IMG/VR virus record: IMGVR_UViG_3300023174_000046
Coordinates: 1 to 64,000 of that record
Length of the DNA stretch: 64,000 nucleotides
Direction: 5' to 3' (one strand)
The position numbers and the translations under genes were made by a program. The notes below the pieces were generated by a model, which was given only the letters and a program-made list of their open reading frames with translations, did not search any database and was not told where the DNA came from. Within the stretch, counting starts at the first letter, position 1; each line of letters begins with the position of its first letter. Shown piece by piece: positions 9,260 to 18,830 of the stretch.

Positions 9260-9443
9260 CTTTGCGTGCATTACGGACTTCCGTAATGTTCTTACGCTCT
9301 GCTTTGCAGACGTCTGCAATGGCCTTGAGGCCTTTGCGAAGTCTTGAGGAAGCAGCATTCTGTTCCTTGACAAAGAACTTTTCGCAATCTGCGGTTAAAG
9401 CTGCGGCCAACTGTGTGATAGTTTCAATGAAGTTTGTTTGCAT
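9246..9443 (-). CDS. histone H1-like (Hc1-family) DNA-binding protein
   Basis: D-x-EKF-xx-K-x-QNAASSRLRKGL...K..RK pattern and basic tail typical of Hc1-like proteins. Confidence 0.7.
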   Translation of the reverse strand: MQTNFIETITQLAAALTADCEKFFVKEQNAASSRLRKGLKAIADVCKAERKNITEVRNARKAKKA

Positions 9444-9471
9444 ACGTTAATTTATACGATTCTATTATATT

Positions 9472-9585
9472 TCAACTGGGTTTTTCAACACCGGGTATAT
9501 TGCCTTTGTATTTTGGAAATTCTTTGAGTTTCTTTTTTTGCTTTTTACTTTTAACTTTTTTTGCCATATACTGTTTAAAATTCAC
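9472..9585 (-). CDS. 37-aa Lys-rich protein (not in ORF track)
   Basis: MNFKQYMAKKVKSKKQKKKLKEFPKYKGNIPGVEKPS; TAAATA-N5-GTG. Confidence 0.5.
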   Translation of the reverse strand: MNFKQYMAKKVKSKKQKKKLKEFPKYKGNIPGVEKPS

Positions 9586-9649
9586 AAATATATTTATCAA
9601 ATAAAAGAAAAATGCTTGAATATAACATAAAATCACTTAATATATGAAT

Positions 9650-9711
9650 GTTGGTGGTTCGTGTAAGTGTTGTGTAAATTAACCCCTATGTGAAAGCATA
9701 GGGGTTTTTTT
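9650..9711 (+). ncRNA. candidate small RNA
   Basis: TTGAAT-N16-TAATAT promoter (9616-9643), about 30 nt G/U-rich segment, then intrinsic terminator. Confidence 0.4.
9681..9711 (+). terminator. rho-independent terminator
   Basis: aacccctatgt-gaaa-gcataggggtt followed by a T run. Confidence 0.85.
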
Positions 9712-9735
9712 ATGTTTTCTTTATAAATAATATAA

Positions 9736-10794
9736 ATGCCTATCAAAAAATACGTTAGCCTTGAGTCCAAACTCAATGAGGTTTTGAAATTGTCTAATAC
9801 AAGAGTGCTGTTTGTAAGAGAAGACGCTACTGTTTTGATTCAAAAAGATCAAGCAAAAAACGTGGACGAATTTAGAGTACCAGATGCTACAGCAGATAAA
9901 TTAAAAAAAGAAATACGTGATTCTACATATGAAGGTCAAATACAGACCTTTCTTGCAAGTAAAAATTACACCGCAAAAGCTTTTCAAGGCAAAGGATTCA
10001 ATTTACTATTAGCAACAATTTTTGAAAGCAGTGATGAAGATCTCAAAAAATTTGTTGAATTTATTGATTCAAATAATGATTTAAAATTTGCCGAACACCC
10101 TGCTGATAATGTTGCAACATTGGCTCGTAGCAAAGGATTACCAGACACATTAATAAACAATTTATCCAACCTAAATGAATTGAGAGATGCAGGTGGCAAT
10201 AGCGTTGGTCCAGGCGAAATTTTATTCGCAATTGTGTTTAGCGATATTTTAAACAGTGTTACTGGTGGTGACTTGCAGTATGGTGACAAGAAGGTTGAAG
10301 TAAAAAAGAACGGTGGACATTTTGGACAGCAAGCAGGTCGCGGTGGAATGAAGTTGCTTAAGACTCTTTTTGTGGAGCCTTTCATACGTAACCCTGACAA
10401 ATTAAAGCAAATTGATAAGAGTTTAAATATTAGATTGGGTGATATTTTACTTGCTAGCTATAGAGCTGTTGATAACAAACAAGAGTTTGTTAATTTTGCA
10501 ATCAAGACATTAAACAGCATTTATGCAAATAATGCTCCGCTAGCTGAAAAATACTTTAATGAAGAGTTGTTTCGTTCTGGTGATGCAAAGCAAATAACTA
10601 ACGCGTTATTAAAACTAAACACAGATGGTTATCTGAAGAGCGATTTTGTAATGTTCATTGATAAGAACTATAACTATGTTGTTTCAACAAAAGAAGATTT
10701 AATTAAACCGGACGGCTACATTGATGCAGGCAAAGTTAAAACAATGGGCAATTTTACAATCAATGATCTGTATCCCAAGATCGGTATAAAATGA
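9736..10794 (+). CDS. PD-(D/E)xK nuclease-fold protein
   Basis: GPGEILF...GDL...KKVEVK motif; TATAAATA upstream. Confidence 0.55.
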   Translation: MPIKKYVSLESKLNEVLKLSNTRVLFVREDATVLIQKDQAKNVDEFRVPDATADKLKKEIRDSTYEGQIQTFLASKNYTAKAFQGKGFNLLLATIFESSDEDLKKFVEFIDSNNDLKFAEHPADNVATLARSKGLPDTLINNLSNLNELRDAGGNSVGPGEILFAIVFSDILNSVTGGDLQYGDKKVEVKKNGGHFGQQAGRGGMKLLKTLFVEPFIRNPDKLKQIDKSLNIRLGDILLASYRAVDNKQEFVNFAIKTLNSIYANNAPLAEKYFNEELFRSGDAKQITNALLKLNTDGYLKSDFVMFIDKNYNYVVSTKEDLIKPDGYIDAGKVKTMGNFTINDLYPKIGIK

Positions 10795-11885
10795 TTACCT
10801 TTAAGAATTTTATTATTGTACAGGAGGGCGGTGCTGGTGGTCACATGGCTCATCCTTTTGATTTACCTTCCGTAAACAGAGGCAATGATTTGTTAAATTT
10901 TTTTAAAAGAGCTTTAATCAGCTTGAAGCAAAAGAAAGGCAGCGTAAAGTTTGATGGGCTCAATACAAGTATCAAGCTAGTTCGAACTGAAGATAGTAAG
11001 TTTCGTTTTGCATTAGACAGAGGAAGCAACAAGGAGATAGACATACAAGGCATTACTGTTGATAATATTGATCAGAGATTTGATTCTTCTACAGGCGGTG
11101 GACAGAAAATGATTGAGGTTGGTAAATTCTTACTTCCTATCCTTGATAGTGCAATCGATTTAATAATGCCGGAATTAAAGAAATTAAAAATGACATCAAA
11201 CAGCAATAGATTTCTCAATACAGAGTATATTACTGGTACCACAAATGTTACACAATACGATCGCAACATGATAGTGTTCCATGGTATTAAAGAATTTTAT
11301 CTTGCTAAAAGTCCCAAGCTGGCTCGTATAGGGAGAGTCTCGCGTGAGACAGCGTATGATGGTGCAGCATTAGATACATTAATTGCTAAACTCAAACCTG
11401 TGTTTCATCAGCATAGTTTTGAGGTCTTTGGTCCTACTCGAGTTGATCTCGCACAAACAGCAGATTTTACTGAAGCTCTCAATCAACCCATCACAGTTGT
11501 TTATGCAGCTAATAACAGCGTTACACAACCATTATCCACTTGGCTCAAAAAAGCAGTAAACCCGCGCAATGCACAAATAGTTAATGTTGCTGGCAAAAAA
11601 GTACCTGCAATGACAAAGAGCAATTACATGTATGTTATGGCAGGTAACCCCATTGATGCTATAACAACAGATCCCAAATCACAAAAATTAATTGTTGATG
11701 GAGCAATTTTGTATCATGCAACAAGAGTACTCGGCAATAGCGTATTGCAAGGGTTAGGATCCTCGGCTGGTGAACTCACCAAGCATGAAGGTGTTGTTTT
11801 AAGAGATCCAAAAATATCTTCTAACCCGGTTAAGATAACTGGTGAGTTTATTGTTAAGGGCATGGAGAGTTCTTTTCGCAAATGA
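10791..11885 (+). CDS. T4-like conserved protein with polynucleotide-ligase-like motifs (DUF6267-like)
   Basis: GGHMAHPFD; SVKFDG (KxDG motif I), HEGVVLR (motif IV-like), PVKI (motif V-like). Confidence 0.6.
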   Translation: MITFKNFIIVQEGGAGGHMAHPFDLPSVNRGNDLLNFFKRALISLKQKKGSVKFDGLNTSIKLVRTEDSKFRFALDRGSNKEIDIQGITVDNIDQRFDSSTGGGQKMIEVGKFLLPILDSAIDLIMPELKKLKMTSNSNRFLNTEYITGTTNVTQYDRNMIVFHGIKEFYLAKSPKLARIGRVSRETAYDGAALDTLIAKLKPVFHQHSFEVFGPTRVDLAQTADFTEALNQPITVVYAANNSVTQPLSTWLKKAVNPRNAQIVNVAGKKVPAMTKSNYMYVMAGNPIDAITTDPKSQKLIVDGAILYHATRVLGNSVLQGLGSSAGELTKHEGVVLRDPKISSNPVKITGEFIVKGMESSFRK

Positions 11886-12082
11886 AACCTTTTAAAAAAT
11901 TTATTGAAGATACGGCCAGCTTGAATCACACAACAACCAAGCAAGTTAGTTACAGATATACACCAAAAGAAGATGCACACAGCACAGGTAATATTGAAGC
12001 TAATATTGTTGGTACAGAATCAGAAGAAAACATTAAAAAGAAGAAAAAAATAAAAGATTTAAAGTCAAAGAAACCGGTATAA
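11882..12082 (+). CDS. small basic putative internal head protein
   Basis: N-terminus MKPFKKFIE resembles the T4 capsid-targeting sequence. Confidence 0.55.
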   Translation: MKPFKKFIEDTASLNHTTTKQVSYRYTPKEDAHSTGNIEANIVGTESEENIKKKKKIKDLKSKKPV

Positions 12083-12091
12083 ATACTGGTA

Positions 12092-13738
12092 ATGGACTCT
12101 TTAAATTTACTGCTTGAAAAGACTGTAGCGGTACCCGCAGTCCACAGCTTACAAGAAAAAAATATCTTATATGTGAACAGGATAGATAACCTCTTTGTTC
12201 CAAATGTTGAAATGGAGAAGCCTTTACTTTCAATAACAGTTAATGGTGTTGAAAAAATATTTGAAAATATTGGAACAGTAAACGCCCCTGCAATCAACCT
12301 TACAGTGTCATGTGGCAGCAAAGCAGTGAATCTTGCCGTGCAGGTTAAGATGGGTCATAGAAAATTAGAATTAAGTCGCAAGTCTCTTCATTTAGTTGAT
12401 GAAAATTATAATGTAAATGAAATTATTCATAAGAAAAAAGAAGTTAAAAAAACATTTTCACAAGAAGACATTAAAGCAGCATTTAGAGAGAAAAAACCAA
12501 CAATTGGTATTGTTGCAGAAAAAAATCTTAAAAATAGCGCAAGAAGAGAAATACCCGAAATTGTTAATCTTAAAATTAATCCTATCAAACTTAATCCAAT
12601 TATTATTAATAATACAGATTCAAGTGATTATGTAAAAGAAACATATGTTGATGTAGCTGTTGATCCTGTTGATAAAAATAGTTTCTATGACCCAGAGTAT
12701 ATCGTTAACGAAGCGCTTAATGCAGAGAAACCTGCAAGCTGGTACATACGCCCTTTACTTGAAACACCTAGAGATATTAATTTTGTTGAAATATTTAAAA
12801 AAGAACTTTTATTAAAAGAATGCTTGAAGAATAGAATTGCTTTAAGAGTAGAAGCATTAAAGCAGATTTTTACAAAGAAAAACCACGTGAGTATTTTTGT
12901 AGATACAAAAAACAATATTTTAGAAATTAAAAACGACAATAACAACCCAGTTTTATTTTCTTATAAAGGTCAATTAGTCGGTTACCCTGTAGTAGAGGGA
13001 GTTAATGTTGCTGTTGTTACAGAGCAGCTAACTGGTGTTGTACTTAATAATAGAGAAAAAATTAATCTCATAAAACAACTGATTAGCTCAGAAGATGGCT
13101 CAGTTTTAGAAGAAGATACACTCTCTACATATTCTTCATCATTGCTTAATTTTCCGCTCCCAACTCAAGAGATGTATTTTAGTGCCCCTTCTATTACCAA
13201 GAGGTACAATTATACAGTAAATTCAAAGCAAAGAAATATTGAAATCGTTGATGTTATGACAGGTAATGTCGAGCATATCGAATTGGCAGCAAACGAATCA
13301 TTTTCATATACTCCATTTTTCCAGGGTGATAATTTAATTGTTAATACTATAGAGCTAAAAGACTATTCTGATGCTGTAGCTCAAGTTGGTTATGTGTATA
13401 AAACAAGAAAGTATATGGGACCGTCTTTTAGGGAAGTACAGGAAAACACCACAACTCGAATTGAGCAGTATAATTATATTCTTGAGGATGTAAAGAAGAG
13501 AGAAGAAGAATTATTAACACATCAACATGGTGTTGGAGATGGGGCCCGGTCTGGTGATTCTGATAATCCTAATTTTAATGCGTACCCGCTATTAGCACTA
13601 ATTAATGATAGTACAACTTACTTAAAATTAATTGCTCCGCCTCTTACAACACCTATTACACGAATATTACCTGTACAAGATGCGGCAGACGCTAATACAT
13701 TGAATCCCCCACATAATCCATTTCAGATAACAGCATAG
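12092..13738 (+). CDS. hypothetical late protein
   Basis: 548-aa ORF, TATAAATA-N6-ATG. Confidence 0.75.
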   Translation: MDSLNLLLEKTVAVPAVHSLQEKNILYVNRIDNLFVPNVEMEKPLLSITVNGVEKIFENIGTVNAPAINLTVSCGSKAVNLAVQVKMGHRKLELSRKSLHLVDENYNVNEIIHKKKEVKKTFSQEDIKAAFREKKPTIGIVAEKNLKNSARREIPEIVNLKINPIKLNPIIINNTDSSDYVKETYVDVAVDPVDKNSFYDPEYIVNEALNAEKPASWYIRPLLETPRDINFVEIFKKELLLKECLKNRIALRVEALKQIFTKKNHVSIFVDTKNNILEIKNDNNNPVLFSYKGQLVGYPVVEGVNVAVVTEQLTGVVLNNREKINLIKQLISSEDGSVLEEDTLSTYSSSLLNFPLPTQEMYFSAPSITKRYNYTVNSKQRNIEIVDVMTGNVEHIELAANESFSYTPFFQGDNLIVNTIELKDYSDAVAQVGYVYKTRKYMGPSFREVQENTTTRIEQYNYILEDVKKREEELLTHQHGVGDGARSGDSDNPNFNAYPLLALINDSTTYLKLIAPPLTTPITRILPVQDAADANTLNPPHNPFQITA

Positions 13739-13770
13739 AGATCTACACAATAAAACAATAAATAACCTAT

Positions 13771-15648
13771 ATGGCATGGATTAATTTTACCGATTTTACA
13801 GGCAATTCTGCCACATTTCCAGGTGATTATCTCGTTGGCTATATTGGCGTTCAAGAGCAAAAATACCCTGTTGTTGCATTAAAAAATGGGTTAAGCGCCG
13901 GTTTATTTACTGCGCAAAACCTCCTTGTTACTGAAAACACCACAATTCGTGGCAACCTATCCGTCTTAGGCTCACAGAGTGTTTTTGAAACCATTGTTTC
14001 AGTTACATCAGCATTGAGTGTTGTTAACACTGGTACAGGACCTGCATTAACAGTTAAACAAACAGGTACTGAACCTATTGCACTTTTCTTAGATGACAAC
14101 AACAACACATTTCGCATAGATGATAATTTCAAAGTTAGTTTTTTTAACAGTCAAGCTACTGGCACATATTCCGTTGCCGAAGGTAACAACACAGTAGCTA
14201 TAGGTACTGCCAGCCATGCAGAAGGCGTCATCACCACAGCTTCAGGCAACTACAGCCATGCAGAAGGCAATAGTACCGCCACTGGCCGTCGCAATAACTA
14301 TATCGCGTACTCTTCAGGAAGCAAAACATTCACTTTTGCTCCTACCATATCAGCTAATTTTGCATATGTTGTACCTGGTACCACATTGCGTGGGTTTGAC
14401 AATGGAGGTGAAGGGTTTGATGCAAAGTATTTTACTATCACGGTGGCCAGCAGAAGTACCATCACAGGGGCCATTGTGGCCACTGCAGATGCTATTGGTT
14501 GGGATTCAAACAATAACGGATTTTTGATTGACAATTCAGGTACATACGGTCATGCTGAAGGCAGCAACAATGTTGCATCTGGTATGGGCAGTCATGTAGA
14601 AAATGGTGGTAATGTAGCTTCAGGTGAGTGGAGCCATGCAGAAGGCGTTGGCACCATAGCTTCAGGCAATACATCACATGCAGAAGGCGCTGGAACAATA
14701 GCTCGTGGTGCATATTCACATGCTGCAGGTGGTAGTGCAGAAGCAGCACACGACAGAACTTGGATATGGAAAGGATCAACAAATGCCAGTTACCTATCCA
14801 CTACCAGAACTGATCAGTTTGTAGTGAGCGCAGCAGGTGGTCTTTTCTTGAACAATGCAGTAGGCATAAACACTGACAGCATTGACAATGCTTTGACAGT
14901 TGTAGGTAACATTTCTGGTAACAGTGGCTTGTCAGTCAATACACTTACAGGTAGAAACATTTCGCTCGTTCATAACCCTGCTAATGATGGTGTGAATTCA
15001 TACATACAGCTAGGTGAATTTACAACTGGTAGTACCACTGCATCTGCATTTTCAGGATTTAGATTTGAATATAATGAGGCTACCAATTTTTTAACTCTAA
15101 GCAGCATAATTGGCAATACAATTACAAATGTGTTGAATGTGGAACCAAATAGAAGTGTTACACCTTACACTGCTACCTTTACACCCTTCACCTCTGGCGG
15201 CGTTGGCATAGGTCCAGGTGGCACAATATTCTTTCCCCCTGCACTGTCTGGTACCATACCCAGCAGTGAATTGTCATCCAGGTTGCTAAACAACCGAGGA
15301 ACAATTGAAGGTGTGTTGTTTTTTGCCAATGATGGTGCATTTAATCTAAAGCAATACACACTGGAATTTGCAAAAGATGCAGCATTCACTGTGCAAAAAA
15401 CACCCATATATCTTAAAACTTCTGGTGAAACAGGCTCTTCAATCGTGAGACCAGTGAATGGTGCTTTTGTCAATGACCGCATTGTAATGCCTGCTGCAAA
15501 TGCTACTCAACCATGGGGTGCCAGCGGCACATTGATTCAATACCCATATGTGGCTGGTGATTCCATATACTACAGAATTGGCTTTGTGTATCCAACTGCA
15601 TTTGAATGCATGGGATTGTCTGCAGGGTACATCAGAATTATACCTTAA
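13771..15648 (+). CDS. tail fibre with YadA-head-like SHAEG repeats
   Basis: multiple (A/S)SGxxSHAEG repeats; TAAATA-N6-ATG. Confidence 0.75.
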   Translation: MAWINFTDFTGNSATFPGDYLVGYIGVQEQKYPVVALKNGLSAGLFTAQNLLVTENTTIRGNLSVLGSQSVFETIVSVTSALSVVNTGTGPALTVKQTGTEPIALFLDDNNNTFRIDDNFKVSFFNSQATGTYSVAEGNNTVAIGTASHAEGVITTASGNYSHAEGNSTATGRRNNYIAYSSGSKTFTFAPTISANFAYVVPGTTLRGFDNGGEGFDAKYFTITVASRSTITGAIVATADAIGWDSNNNGFLIDNSGTYGHAEGSNNVASGMGSHVENGGNVASGEWSHAEGVGTIASGNTSHAEGAGTIARGAYSHAAGGSAEAAHDRTWIWKGSTNASYLSTTRTDQFVVSAAGGLFLNNAVGINTDSIDNALTVVGNISGNSGLSVNTLTGRNISLVHNPANDGVNSYIQLGEFTTGSTTASAFSGFRFEYNEATNFLTLSSIIGNTITNVLNVEPNRSVTPYTATFTPFTSGGVGIGPGGTIFFPPALSGTIPSSELSSRLLNNRGTIEGVLFFANDGAFNLKQYTLEFAKDAAFTVQKTPIYLKTSGETGSSIVRPVNGAFVNDRIVMPAANATQPWGASGTLIQYPYVAGDSIYYRIGFVYPTAFECMGLSAGYIRIIP

Positions 15649-15685
15649 CTCTTGAACTTTACATCTCTTGGTTTATCATAAAATG

Positions 15686-16126
15686 GTGAAACATTTTATA
15701 ACTTGGGATATATTTGATGGCTATATTGATCAACTCTCGCAAAAAATAAAAGAAAATATAGACACCGCAGATTACGATATTGTTGGTATCTCACGAGGTG
15801 GTTTGATTCTTGCTGCAGCACTTGGCTATGCATTAAAAATAAAAAATGTTTATAGTGTTGGTGTAAGAAGCTATTCAAATAATGACGTTCAAGATGAAAT
15901 AGAGGTGTATCAGCATCTGAATCTTGGAAATTTAAAGCGTAATTTATTAGTAGTTGACGATGTATCGGATACAGGCAATACATTTTTATATCTACAGAAA
16001 CTGTTGTCAGATAAAGAATTTATAACTGTAAGTCTTGCTGTGAAGGATAAAACAAAGTGTGTTTCCGATTACAGTGCATTGCGACTAAATTCTGATATTT
16101 GGATAGTATTTCCGTGGGATAAGTAG
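15686..16126 (+). CDS. type I purine phosphoribosyltransferase (Gpt/Hpt-like)
   Basis: GISRGG, LVVDDVSDTGNT PRPP loop, WIVFPW; start ATG 15683 or GTG 15686 after TTGAAC-N16-TATCAT. Confidence 0.85.
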   Translation: MKHFITWDIFDGYIDQLSQKIKENIDTADYDIVGISRGGLILAAALGYALKIKNVYSVGVRSYSNNDVQDEIEVYQHLNLGNLKRNLLVVDDVSDTGNTFLYLQKLLSDKEFITVSLAVKDKTKCVSDYSALRLNSDIWIVFPWDK

Positions 16127-16249
16127 TTCATTATCAAGCATATAAAAGTGCTTGACGCATGTGGAAGTTCCTTTATAATAGATTAAATATTAATGAAGCA
16201 ATTTCTTCCGTTATCTTTATCTTTTTAAGTTAAAAAGTTTTTACCCTCT

Positions 16250-16813
16250 ATGAAAATAACAACAAAAATAAAAAAACTAAACACTATGTTGATTTGCTTA
16301 TTTGTAACAACAGTGCCAATAAGCTATTCTACATTTAATGAAAAACAAAAGTTAAGTATTAAAGATATCAAGACTGAGCTAAAATCAGCCAAACCATCTG
16401 TTGAGAAGCAAATTGCCAAAACAATTAATATCAAGAATGATGGTATTACATACAAAAATGAGTTTGTACCCAAGACAAATAGCTTCAAAGTAATGACAGT
16501 TAGACTTACAGTATATTGGGCCAATGGTGGTAATACAGACAGCGATAGCAGAAAGTGTCGAAGCTCTACCGGTTACACGTTAAAACAAGGCGATTCAATT
16601 GCAGTGGATCCAAAGATTATACCATATGAGAAAGATGTTATCATACCAAATGTGGGCTTAGTTAAAGCAGTAGATACAGGCACTGATGTTGTAAGAAAGA
16701 AAGCATCTGGTGGTAAGATGCCTGTTATTGATGTGTTTTTTATTAATAAAAAAGATGCTGAACATTTCGCAAACAATTACCCAAAAGTAGTTAAGGTAGC
16801 TGTTTTAAACTAA
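16250..16813 (+). CDS. 3D-domain (MltA-like lytic transglycosylase) protein
   Basis: IAVDPKIIPY, KAVDTG, IDVFF (three Asp); N-terminal hydrophobic segment. Confidence 0.8.
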   Translation: MKITTKIKKLNTMLICLFVTTVPISYSTFNEKQKLSIKDIKTELKSAKPSVEKQIAKTINIKNDGITYKNEFVPKTNSFKVMTVRLTVYWANGGNTDSDSRKCRSSTGYTLKQGDSIAVDPKIIPYEKDVIIPNVGLVKAVDTGTDVVRKKASGGKMPVIDVFFINKKDAEHFANNYPKVVKVAVLN

Positions 16814-16821
16814 ATAATTAG

Positions 16822-17388
16822 GTGCGATTTGACGATACAGTAAAGAGTATATTAGAAGGTGCTGAGCTACCACCACCACCACCTGCTATAATTCAAAAAG
16901 CACCCGCTAATTCGCTTAGCTACCAAGAGATTTACGAGATTATTAAAGATCACGAAGGTTATAGACATCAAGTATATAAAGATACTGTTGGCAAGCCAAC
17001 TATTGGTATTGGGTTCAATTTAACGCGACCTGATGCACGTGCGTTAATCAAGCAAATAGGTGCAGATTATAGTAAGATCATAACAGGCAAGCAGATGCTT
17101 GATGATAAACAAATCAATACATTGTTTGAATTATCATTAAGAACAGCTTATAAAGATGCAGAAAAATTTATGCCCGATCTCTACAATCAACCCAGAAACG
17201 TTAAACTTGCGTTAATTGATTTAGCTTTTAATCTTGGTTATGAGCGGTTGAGCAAATTTAAGAATACAAAAGCACACTTACTCGCCGGAGACTATAATAA
17301 AGCTGCAAATGAGCTTATGAATAGCAAATGGGCAGGTCAAGTGAAGAGAAGAGCATCTAATCTTGCTAAGCTATTAGTTACTGCTTAG
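16822..17388 (+). CDS. GH24 (T4-type) lysozyme
   Basis: HEGYR..VYKDTVGKPTIGIGFNL (E-D-T triad), AFNLG, SKWAGQV..RA. Confidence 0.9.
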   Translation: MRFDDTVKSILEGAELPPPPPAIIQKAPANSLSYQEIYEIIKDHEGYRHQVYKDTVGKPTIGIGFNLTRPDARALIKQIGADYSKIITGKQMLDDKQINTLFELSLRTAYKDAEKFMPDLYNQPRNVKLALIDLAFNLGYERLSKFKNTKAHLLAGDYNKAANELMNSKWAGQVKRRASNLAKLLVTA

Positions 17389-17611
17389 TTTTTGTTTTTT
17401 TCTTTTTTCGGAGCGTATCTTTTGGAAATCTTAGGACTGCTGTTTTGTCTGTAGCTGGAAAAGTTTTACTTGGATCAACTTGTGTCATGCCAATATCAGT
17501 TCCCCGTACTGCATTTTTTGTAGGGTAGTAGAGCGTGTCTGTACTTACTGGATAATAAGGAAATTTTTCCAAAAGACTACTGACAAGATCGTCAAACTTT
17601 TTTGATTTCAT
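17378..17611 (-). CDS. small putative internal head protein
   Basis: MKSKKFDDLVSSLLE N-terminus, basic C-terminus. Confidence 0.6.
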   Translation of the reverse strand: MKSKKFDDLVSSLLEKFPYYPVSTDTLYYPTKNAVRGTDIGMTQVDPSKTFPATDKTAVLRFPKDTLRKKKKTKTKQ

Positions 17612-18761
17612 CTTTTAATTGATTTACTTCTTGTTTGAGCTCTTTAATACAATTGATCAGTAGTGGAATTATCTTATCATAATTTACACCTAGGAACCCG
17701 TCTGTTCTTAATGATGTTGCTTCGGGAATTACCTTCTGTACATCTTGTGCAATCACCCCTACATCATGTACATTGTCTTTCTTCCAATCAAATTCTACCC
17801 CGCGAAGTGTATCTATCTTTGTGAGTGAATCTTTTATTTCTTCAATATTTGTTTTCGCGCGTTCATCAGAAGTGTAGAAAGCAATAATATCACCTTGTAC
17901 TCGTAATAGCTGTGAAACATCACAATTGCCATATATTGTTGTGCTGCGCTTCAATTGAATACTAGTAGGGATGGTTGTATCAATAATGTCGGTATCATAA
18001 CCAATATTAATTATCGATGGGGTACCCAGGGTAATTGAACCTGTAATACCGTTGGTAGGGTTAATCAAGCCAATGCCACCACCAGATGATACTATTGTTG
18101 AGAAATCAATTGGACCGAGAACACCACTATACCTGCCAAGCACCTGACCGTTGCCGACAAAAATTTGTTCAATAGGAGCATTAAAATTATTTGTATTGCC
18201 TAAAATTGTAAATGGTGATATGGACCCAAGATAGCTAATAGGCACAGAGCCTGGCTTTAATCGCACTTGATTGTTATCAATATCGATTGTACTGTTATCA
18301 GGGTTAACACGAATACTTGTACCTGCACCACCAACCAACCCATTGCCAACATTACTCGAATTAATATGAACAGGCATTATACCGTAATTTTTAACCTGCA
18401 ATGCTGATGATGTATTGAATTCTACAGTACTGTTATCAACTTTAACTACAAAATCTATCTCAGCCCATCCACTTTGTAAGGCACCATTTGTACCTGTTAG
18501 GAAGTACATGAGGTTGCTATAATCGTCATAAAGGAAATCGCCTGTCTCAGCCCCTGAAAGTAAATTAAAATTTAAAGTAGCAAAATTTCTTATTCCGTAG
18601 TTTTTTGCACCAACGGAGATGCCACCCACAGTAGTGCCATCACCAACATATAAGCGTTGTGTGTCGGTGTACCAACCAGGTTCACCCGCATTTAATATAA
18701 CAGTTTTTGCTGTTTGTCTAAGTCCGCGTCTAAAAACTAGCTTTGTGATCTGATTGGCCAT
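17592..18761 (-). CDS. tail fibre with Mtd_N-like N-terminus and C-terminal S74 intramolecular chaperone
   Basis: GEPGWYTDTQRLYVGDGTT; TSDERAKTNI...GVIAQDV...VNYDKIIPLLINCIKEL. Confidence 0.85.
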   Translation of the reverse strand: MANQITKLVFRRGLRQTAKTVILNAGEPGWYTDTQRLYVGDGTTVGGISVGAKNYGIRNFATLNFNLLSGAETGDFLYDDYSNLMYFLTGTNGALQSGWAEIDFVVKVDNSTVEFNTSSALQVKNYGIMPVHINSSNVGNGLVGGAGTSIRVNPDNSTIDIDNNQVRLKPGSVPISYLGSISPFTILGNTNNFNAPIEQIFVGNGQVLGRYSGVLGPIDFSTIVSSGGGIGLINPTNGITGSITLGTPSIINIGYDTDIIDTTIPTSIQLKRSTTIYGNCDVSQLLRVQGDIIAFYTSDERAKTNIEEIKDSLTKIDTLRGVEFDWKKDNVHDVGVIAQDVQKVIPEATSLRTDGFLGVNYDKIIPLLINCIKELKQEVNQLKDEIKKV

Positions 18762-18830
18762 AGTATTATTTATCTAAACCCCAGCTTTGCAATTTGCATA
18801 ATAATATTTATAATGTATTATTAAAAATGC

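Noticed and set aside
17592-18761. Diversity-generating retroelement target (Mtd_N-like N-terminus)
   Set aside because: No reverse transcriptase and no TR/VR pair with adenine-specific mismatches in the window. The 77-bp repeat at 5193/6615 is identical and intragenic.
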